Positions 58,301 to 64,000 of a stretch of 64,000 nucleotides of DNA are shown in pieces. Origin of the DNA: a virus; the IMG/VR virus record IMGVR_UViG_3300025849_000010, positions 1 to 64,000 of that record, one strand, 5' to 3'. A model generated the notes under the pieces. That model worked only from the letters and a program-made list of their open reading frames with translations, did no database searches and was not told the DNA's origin. Made by a program: the position numbers and the translations under genes. Every line of letters begins with the position of its first letter. Positions within the stretch are counted from its first letter, which is position 1.

Positions 58301-61300
58301 ATTTGTTCTAGTATTGTACAAGAACGCACTTTTAATTTTTGATACATCAGCCGGAGCAACTGCCTGTCTACGAGTATTCCAGCTAGTAACATTACTTGTT
58401 CTATAAAAGTCGATTATTGCGCCGTTTCTGTTGTTGTAGTTAGGCACACCTGCAATTACATGATTTTTATTTGCAAGAACATTTGTTCCTAGATTAATAA
58501 CATCTCTGTCAGCTAGTACAATTGAATCTTCGTAGGTAAACTTGCCGTCATATCTGTAGTATACATCTATTTTTCCTGTATCTTTAAATATGTTTGATAA
58601 GTGGGTTGCATTAGAGTCAAAAGTTGTATTATCCGATAGTGGAGTTCGTTCAACTTGATCTCCACGACGTGAACCTATAACTAGATTATTATCTGAAATA
58701 CTTACTTTGTTTCCAAATTCTTGATTTGCAGAAGATCTAACTTCAATCGTTTGCTCAATAACAAAATTAGCAGCATTACTTGACACAGCTTCTTGATTAT
58801 TTAGAACAAAAACTTTACCAGTATCAAGTTTGTCAACGCTGTCATATTTTGGCGAGCCAATTACTAGTGTTTGTGCATCTTCAGTTAAACTAATACTGTG
58901 TCCAAACACGTCTCCGGATGCATCGTTATCGCCAAGTGTGCTTGAAGATATCGTTTGTACAAGATTGTATACATCATTTTCGTAAGTATAAACAAATACC
59001 TTTCCGTAAACACCAGTAGTATCTACTGCAATTTCTTCCCAGTTAGGAGCTGCTGGAGCAGTACCAGCACTTGCTGTTGTTAATTTTTTCCAATATAGCC
59101 CATTATACTTAACTGCTTCATTGATAGCATAAGTTGCAGTATTAATATATTCGCCTTTAAAGTTTTCAACAATTGCACTGTTTGCAAAAGGCGCATTAAC
59201 TGTGAGTATGTTGCCGTTGTCTGATAATTCAACATCGACACCAAAGTCCATTGAAGCGTTAATTACTTCAACAGTGTTACTTCCAGTAGCAGCAAGGGGT
59301 AAAGACTTAGTAGGAGCCCATTGCCATTTGCCGCCTGTGCTTAGATTCCAGTCAAACACATAAACTTTACCAATACCGTCATGTCCAGGTGCCGACACAA
59401 ACATTCTGTAGTCTAACTTTCCTACTTCTTTAATAGTAATGTTTTCGCCAAAACGCTGACCCGGCTGTGGTTCAGGAGACTGCATAATAAACAATAAGTT
59501 AAAGTTGCCGCTGCCGGTTCTTACATATACCGACACCCAGCCTTGATTTGTAATACCTGATGTAGCTGTTGATTTTCCTTCAACTTCGTTGTAACCTAAT
59601 TCAACCCAATCGCTTACTAAGTTCGGCGGTGTAGCATTTAAACCGTTAACAATTGCTTTGTAGAATTTATCTTGGTAAACAACAACATCTTCTTGAACAT
59701 AATTTGCGCCGGCATTCCATTCGCCTGTAAAATATGTAGGAACATCGCTGGCATTTGGTACACCAACTGCTAAAAACTTTGTATCCGGAGACAGTGAAAG
59801 CACTTGTCCAAAGCCGCCGTATAATGGTGATGTTTCACTTACACCATAAGCTGGACTAAACTCTGTTTTGGTTAGCGATGTAGGAAGCTCAATGGTTTGT
59901 ATTAACCTATGTTCAGTTAAATCATTTGCTCTAGCATATACATATACTGCTGCATCTGAGGTTGTAATAACCTTTTGCAATACATCAGTATCTTGATCAC
60001 GCTGTTCTATACTTGTAGTCGAATATGCAGGATCACCTACTACAAAATCTCTATTATATCTGTCAACTGCCACACTTGTGCCGTATGTGCCAGTTGTATC
60101 AAAAGTATTTGAAATTATATTTTTCTGATAAACTTTATTTTTTTCTAATACTTTCCAGTTGTTGTTTATTCCATCAACCCAGACAAGCTCGCCTTGTGAA
60201 AAGCCGTCGATAGGAGTAATAACATTTATTTCGTTAGTATCTGAAATTCTAGCATGAACAAAATTGTAAAGAATTCCTTGACTGCTATCTTCAACTGTAA
60301 CATCGTCGTCTAGTTTCTTATCACTTTCAACTGTAACATCATAACTGTTAATTGATTTAATTTTATAGAATTTATCAACATCTGGGGAAACGTTCTTAAC
60401 GCCAATTACATCTCCAACTTCTGCAACAAGCAATTCGTTAGTTCTTAAAATAATGTCTGTGCCGCTGCCTCTTTTTGCCGACAACACATTTATTTTTGCA
60501 TCTTGCATTCTTAGTACGGTCCAAGAAGCATTATAGAAACTTACCCAAACAGTTGAGCCTACATTAAAATCATCAATATTTAATGCTGCAATGTCATCTA
60601 CGTATTTTACACTAAAATCAACATCATTTTCATCTACGTTGCCTGCTGTTCTAATAAAAGAAGGTATTTTAGTAGTAGCTTTGAACGGAGCATGATTGTA
60701 ACCGTCATATGTTACATACGCTTGATCCGGAGTATATCTATAAACCAAGTCAGTTGTATTAGAATCAATAACCGATACTAGCTCAAACGGCTGTGGTTCA
60801 AGTCTAACAAATTCTTCATCAATTTTATATTCAACTTCAACAAAGCTATCTACTGCGCCATAATCGCCTGATCTGATAGCCCACTCTTCATAAAAGTTAA
60901 GACTTTCTTTATCAGCTGCGCCGAGCTTGTCAAACATTTTGTTTAGTACATTTTTTGTACCTTTGTCAAGAATCATACCTTGATAAAACTTATACTGACT
61001 CACATCGTCATTAATAATGTTTTCTAGGTATCTGCGTTTTTGGTAACCAATGGTATGCTGTGCTAACCGCTGCTGCTCTGTGTCAAAGTTGTCTGTGTCT
61101 AGATCAAAGAAATCTGTAAACTGTTCGGCTCTGTAATCAAAGTTTGGAATTAAAGTACTTTGTTGAATTCCAGATAGGCGTTTCCAATTTTCTTCGTTAA
61201 ATACTTCTCCAGAAACTATTTTATCTTCTGCACTATAATAAAACTCTTTATGTTTTACTACGTCACCAATTTGGAACTGTGTAAACGGTGTCCAAGATTT

Positions 61301-64000
61301 AACAGTAACTTCATCAAAGATAAATCCCGGAGTAGTTAATCCACCATCCCATAAAACAGTTTTGTATCCCAATACCTTTACACGATCTTGTCTGTAACCT
61401 GCCGGTTTGTCGTACAACGTATCAGCAAACACTGTTGTATTGTCTATTAAAAGTACATGTTCTGTTTGTACTAAGTGTAGTCTAGCAAAATAAATGCCGT
61501 CATCGCCTAAAGTTTCTAGTGTGAATTTATTATTTGCTCTAGTAACATCTAGATCGTTTATCGATATACGAGTTCCTGCACTATTGTATATTTCATAGTC
61601 ATAAAAGTCATTTAGTAAACTATCAACATTAGTATAGTCAACATTGATTGTAAATGTTTTTGCACCCGGGCTAAGTGCAATAACAGTGCCTTCTGACCAA
61701 TTCTGTGTTGTCCAGTATACAAACTCTTTAACCGAAGTGTCCCAGTCTTGTAGTATAGAATTTTCGTTATCATAGTTGTCAAATACAAAACCAGCTTCAG
61801 CTAGGTAAGCACCGTATCCATACATAAAGTCAACAACAGCTTGTACAGTAGGTAATATTGTACCGTAATCTAATGTGTAATATGCACTGGTATCGAAGTT
61901 GCTTCTATAAAAATAGCTGTTGCCGCCGACTGACGGTAAGGAAGGTAATTTAACAAATTTATCAGAATCAAAAGTATCACTACTAAAGTGATCTTCACGA
62001 CATCTGTAATAGATTCCGTTATACTCAACAATTTTACCTTGGATATAAGTTTTTTCACTATCCCAAGAAATAAATGACTCGCTAACTGCGCCTATTGTTA
62101 TTTGGCTGTCGTTTTGAGAAGTTATTATTCTACGATGTTGGAAGTATGGAAACTTTTGATCATATCCCTTTATTAAGAATCCGTTGGTTCTTTTTTCAAC
62201 TATAACGCCACTGTACGATAATACGTCCACAGGGCTACTTGTGTTTAACACAATTTGATAGTTTTCTTCTGGAATGAAAACATTTCCTTCATTCAAAGGA
62301 GTACGACTATCTAGTATTAATCTAAATTTAGACTTTTCTGTATATCCTGCAAGTTTTGCACCTAGCTGGTTATTTGCATTTTTTAAATTAAAAGAATAAT
62401 CAGTAACAAACGACTCGCCTGTTTGATATAGCCAATTGTTAACATAAGAAATCAAACCGCTTGCAAGTGCAGTATTAGACACTTTATCTGCAAGACCCGA
62501 AAGTGTTGGATATTCTCCCGCATATTTAATAATGCCACTGACGTCACGGGAAGTATGAGCGCGATCTAAATATACTCCAAATATTTGTGCAGGCTTAGTT
62601 AAGAACCAAGCGCACAGCAGTGAGAAGCGATAACTACTTGATCGTCTCCAAGCGTTTTCAACTGGTGATTGATCGCCAAACGCATATTCTGCACCGAACT
62701 CAGCTGATTCGTAATTTTGTGCAATATTTGCTTCAATAGGATCTCTAAGTCTTCCGTTTGCATCTACTGGAATGATATCCAATAAGCCAGGACGACTAAA
62801 GTCATTGTTAATTCTATTATTACCAGGTTCTTTAATACGGCCTACTTCTAAGTCTCTCCACATTAGTAAGTTTTCACTAGTGTACGGAGCCGGGCCGTAT
62901 TCATCTTCCCACCAACTTGGCATGATGCTGAAGCCTAGCATCTCCCAAGGCGTTAAATGAGGTCTGTCAGTATCGTACCAATAGTTGTATATGCCTCTCC
63001 AAAATCCTGGAAGCTGTTTATCTTTATACGAACCAGTCTTATAGTTATAGGTAAACTGATTACCAGTCTCGAACCAAACATTATCAGTGTAAGACACATT
63101 AAGATTTTTATGCCATTTTAAAAACAAAGGTCTTAAAATGTTATCTATTTCTTTTAGACTATATTCGCCTGTTCTATTAGCGCCTGGCTTAAAGGAATAA
63201 AAATCAACAAGGTCGTTAGTATATTCAATTTTAATATTGTTATATATTCTACGTTCTAGTTCAATGATTAAGTCATCTCTGTAATCATTAAATGCCAGTA
63301 TTACACTTCCGTCGTGTCCTTGAATTACATTCTGCGGAGTTTGTAAAGTAGTGTCTAAATATTTTTTAGGCTCATACTTAGGCAACAATCCTAATCTAGC
63401 AGGAGTAGGAGCAATATAGTTACCTACTAGTGTGCTATACTCTCGAATAACAATAACATCGTCGACTTCTTTTGCTACATTAATTTTAACAAAATTATCA
63501 TTAATGAACTCGTACTCTGATCCTAGTAACAGTTGTGTATCGTTTAGATAAACTAATATCGCTTTGTCTTGATGCTTGTATGGTTCAAAAATTTCTGTAA
63601 TACCGTAAAGTTCAAACGTTGGGTCAATTACAGTATGTCTAATTTCGTTAAATGCTCTAAAAGGAACCATGCCACTATTATAGAAGCTATCAGTCTCTTT
63701 GTTTTCTGCTGTGATACTTTCTAAAATAGTATCAACATCTATATTAGGCGTTCCTAAAATTTCGTCTGTAGAAATTTTATCTAAGAATGTCTTTTGAAAC
63801 TTGTCATAACTTTTTGCAGCATAATCAAGAGATTTAATAATGTTTGTATCCTTGTTAGTCAAGTGATACATCGCTATGTTAATCGGTCCAGAATGCTTAA
63901 CAAAGCGGCTGCCGTAAGCACTAACTGTTCCTAGGTCTCTAATATTAGAAATTCCTGGGAATGTTCCTTCAACTGCTGGTGCTGCATTAAATATAGTCTC
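52391..64000 (-). CDS. Giant virion protein, baseplate wedge-like (5'-partial, >3,860 aa)
   Basis: The frame stays open for 43 more codons from 63871 to the window end. It contains YINEVKPYRTK, GxGY-type Ig-like repeats, (G)DG.T..F repeats, a beta-propeller, CBM-like modules and a coiled-coil insert. Confidence 0.8.
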   Translation of the reverse strand, partial: ETIFNAAPAVEGTFPGISNIRDLGTVSAYGSRFVKHSGPINIAMYHLTNKDTNIIKSLDYAAKSYDKFQKTFLDKISTDEILGTPNIDVDTILESITAENKETDSFYNSGMVPFRAFNEIRHTVIDPTFELYGITEIFEPYKHQDKAILVYLNDTQLLLGSEYEFINDNFVKINVAKEVDDVIVIREYSTLVGNYIAPTPARLGLLPKYEPKKYLDTTLQTPQNVIQGHDGSVILAFNDYRDDLIIELERRIYNNIKIEYTNDLVDFYSFKPGANRTGEYSLKEIDNILRPLFLKWHKNLNVSYTDNVWFETGNQFTYNYKTGSYKDKQLPGFWRGIYNYWYDTDRPHLTPWEMLGFSIMPSWWEDEYGPAPYTSENLLMWRDLEVGRIKEPGNNRINNDFSRPGLLDIIPVDANGRLRDPIEANIAQNYESAEFGAEYAFGDQSPVENAWRRSSSYRFSLLCAWFLTKPAQIFGVYLDRAHTSRDVSGIIKYAGEYPTLSGLADKVSNTALASGLISYVNNWLYQTGESFVTDYSFNLKNANNQLGAKLAGYTEKSKFRLILDSRTPLNEGNVFIPEENYQIVLNTSSPVDVLSYSGVIVEKRTNGFLIKGYDQKFPYFQHRRIITSQNDSQITIGAVSESFISWDSEKTYIQGKIVEYNGIYYRCREDHFSSDTFDSDKFVKLPSLPSVGGNSYFYRSNFDTSAYYTLDYGTILPTVQAVVDFMYGYGAYLAEAGFVFDNYDNENSILQDWDTSVKEFVYWTTQNWSEGTVIALSPGAKTFTINVDYTNVDSLLNDFYDYEIYNSAGTRISINDLDVTRANNKFTLETLGDDGIYFARLHLVQTEHVLLIDNTTVFADTLYDKPAGYRQDRVKVLGYKTVLWDGGLTTPGFIFDEVTVKSWTPFTQFQIGDVVKHKEFYYSAEDKIVSGEVFNEENWKRLSGIQQSTLIPNFDYRAEQFTDFFDLDTDNFDTEQQRLAQHTIGYQKRRYLENIINDDVSQYKFYQGMILDKGTKNVLNKMFDKLGAADKESLNFYEEWAIRSGDYGAVDSFVEVEYKIDEEFVRLEPQPFELVSVIDSNTTDLVYRYTPDQAYVTYDGYNHAPFKATTKIPSFIRTAGNVDENDVDFSVKYVDDIAALNIDDFNVGSTVWVSFYNASWTVLRMQDAKINVLSAKRGSGTDIILRTNELLVAEVGDVIGVKNVSPDVDKFYKIKSINSYDVTVESDKKLDDDVTVEDSSQGILYNFVHARISDTNEINVITPIDGFSQGELVWVDGINNNWKVLEKNKVYQKNIISNTFDTTGTYGTSVAVDRYNRDFVVGDPAYSTTSIEQRDQDTDVLQKVITTSDAAVYVYARANDLTEHRLIQTIELPTSLTKTEFSPAYGVSETSPLYGGFGQVLSLSPDTKFLAVGVPNASDVPTYFTGEWNAGANYVQEDVVVYQDKFYKAIVNGLNATPPNLVSDWVELGYNEVEGKSTATSGITNQGWVSVYVRTGSGNFNLLFIMQSPEPQPGQRFGENITIKEVGKLDYRMFVSAPGHDGIGKVYVFDWNLSTGGKWQWAPTKSLPLAATGSNTVEVINASMDFGVDVELSDNGNILTVNAPFANSAIVENFKGEYINTATYAINEAVKYNGLYWKKLTTASAGTAPAAPNWEEIAVDTTGVYGKVFVYTYENDVYNLVQTISSSTLGDNDASGDVFGHSISLTEDAQTLVIGSPKYDSVDKLDTGKVFVLNNQEAVSSNAANFVIEQTIEVRSSANQEFGNKVSISDNNLVIGSRRGDQVERTPLSDNTTFDSNATHLSNIFKDTGKIDVYYRYDGKFTYEDSIVLADRDVINLGTNVLANKNHVIAGVPNYNNRNGAIIDFYRTSNVTSWNTRRQAVAPADVSKIKSAFLYNTRTNVLVKELDIIDPLQGKIAGPADQEIKYKTFWDPAVYTVGDDSVNIDEVGAWDATNVGDVWWDLTTSRFVNYHQNSALYRANNWSKLNQYGSIDVYEWVSSKYKPSVYDELSASDEGPALGITGTSKYGDTSYVIAKEYDPIAKIFTNKYMFWVKNKTTVPQKDGRAIDVASIANLIKDPSGQGYSYIAITSNNSFVLYNAKQYLNDADIAVNIRFWTTDKTDTNIHRQYQIISEGLDISIPNDLLIKKWYDSLVGFTTDGYPVPNPNLGEKQRYGILNKPRQGMFKNRIEAMKQAIEYINYVFSKNILVDDFDISPFFEKELVPTAESKLFDIEISDDLELNFIATGKLTTADISLRIENGNITDVVIDNPGRGYLQAPDITVVGQGKDAVLEATIDAFGRIDSVSIVNPGTGYIDDTYAVVRQYTVLSTNVNNTNKWGLYVYDTRNKNWQLTRIQSYDVSSYWTYRDWYSSGVTANTPIDFLIDGSYQLLNISPRPGQIVKITNVGSSGTWLLLKRNNETNESDINLNYTVVGREKATIELSSALYDFDQNVLGYDGISYEEVNYDSIPTQEARIILDAIRNNIFIDNLQVEFNNLFFNSVRYVLTEQTPVDWIFKTSFVKAKHNVGELEQRITYKNDSLTSYQDYINEVKPYRTKVREFVSSYNKTEVVSTLTTDFDLKSTNNIKVFNNDLVLDGNTSLDIYPDQSWKDNHTYGVSDIQIQNAGIGYQTAPELTISGGGGRGATAKAYIGSGGKITNVVVTNSGTGYYSRPDVIINGSVDDTGETATLIAIIDNNTIRKNDITIKFDRTLGQSEVLNLDVTETFLGTGVQTTFALKWPADLRKGLTTVKINGEELLDSEYSLGNATTKVDGLTKLFGHLEILIAAEATETLTIEYKKDISFLRAYDRINYYYNPTVGQLAKDPAALMTGVDYGGVSVTGFGFEPSGGWGTDGTSWDNVTWEGSDETFTDITLYNDATELTYTFATAPAVDDIWNVYVNGVRIDDTNWNVGTGITNTNAVMQTIAGDGETTDFTIPLQNLSSVILGDAGQEQVILRKSTSDGSFIPVGVDIDSIVNGGDLGYAQATGYNPEDITMDGDGFVTPTTSGGLEEQVPGHVSESIDMFVYSLSRSGGPQINSISYVADGSTKSFAYIADPQSKDALIIKVNNKILRPNQYQYTPNFAAYTDFLTAYESNKAIKEEQLTIVSSRIDELQVLIAPLETQLDDIAVEIINQQSLLDAIENSILFTQSQIASLESQVASLSPQSPTYESQLASLLSQISVLQGQLSGYNSQFSQETVDLAALVETESQLSIAISDYTTELSTLQPQKTLLTSEVAELDVNIQSLNDYLINPGKTIILNTVPSVNDVVTIMTFGTNGNDIILIDGFTGDGSTSEFITPLKYTKDLRVFATVNGKRVKPRLLVTDDSYQESNRLGLDFDPTPPTNADIKYTVYNDESPDYSYIQKQLETADGSTTQFDLDDTPYGASPSANFLVVFADDKMLNGGYTQVFTANGADDFQVDLSDFEYGEFSSGHTEVYVDGIIKELGVDYQIDFGSNTIAFIAGKLKLGQEIKVFIMTNAQYYVMNGKLVTPTALPSGTNLMIMSFYNTDVFDTQHKSKSVLSRRTLTPASKWYRSSVAGNAGIILLSTPVSNANYVLVAINGSLLTPHRDYTLIEGGTAVQVDIARNINSTDTFSIVIFDYDPVEKSFAFRQFTDNLNRTHYKAVNTEKSTKLTTLLNWYDSSIEVDDASVLDDPIVRQNVPGIIFVGSERIEYMKKEGNILSQLRRGTYGTATKEIYHAATEVLNQGKSLTIDYLDTELTEVFYGDGITQEYSLPYTPKLNTATVRANNGWNRNNEFDPTATSIPETYGQADDIEVFVEGKRMNKAPCTLYNPDKDQLSPLGDSGLPADFSVNGTPSVRLTVAPKVGAKIVIKRKQGVIWQNRGESLSDTENAIGKFLRAQTVSFPK

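Noticed and set aside
39830-62960. Numerous + strand ORFs of 60-150 aa over the structural genes
   Set aside because: Expected mirror frames from the codon bias of Thr/Gly/Asn-rich genes; no independent signals.
1-64000. Stop-codon reassignment, inteins or introns, tRNA or rRNA genes, integrase or transposase
   Set aside because: Genes tile densely in the standard code, ligase and exonuclease lengths are normal, and no cloverleaf-sized gap or recombinase motif was seen by eye.

Overview
This window is a gene-dense, AT-rich segment of a large tailed dsDNA phage with T4-like or jumbo-type organisation and the standard genetic code; the host cannot be determined. It has three zones. (1) 1-15.9 kb, + strand: nucleotide and DNA metabolism genes (type I PRTase, HIT hydrolase, FolE, QueE, T4 RNase H-like 5'-3' exonuclease, SGNH hydrolase, metallophosphoesterase, ATP-dependent DNA ligase, MoxR AAA+ ATPase with a HExxH/VWA partner) behind near-consensus TTGACA-N16/17-TAnnnT promoters. 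(2) 16.0-39.6 kb: a strand-switching island of about 25 modification-type genes, with 10 radical SAM enzymes carrying SPASM/Twitch-type Cys motifs, 3 2OG-Fe(II) oxygenases, 2 kinase-fold proteins lacking the catalytic Asp, a minimal SDR, a QueC-like PP-loop ATPase, a methyltransferase, a UDP-glucose-type dehydrogenase and 4-5 glycosyltransferase-like proteins. Several transcription units in the island appear to start as leaderless mRNAs exactly 5 nt after a T4-late-like RTAARTA box. (3) 39.7-64 kb, - strand: virion genes, including three tail fibres with a shared N-terminal anchor and a baseplate-type protein of >3,860 aa that runs off the window end. The best candidate for an undescribed system is the island, read as a phage-encoded radical-SAM/glycosyl modification pathway next to the tail-fibre genes. 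No tRNA, rRNA, CRISPR array, integrase or transposase was seen. All functional calls are from motif recognition by eye, not database searches.
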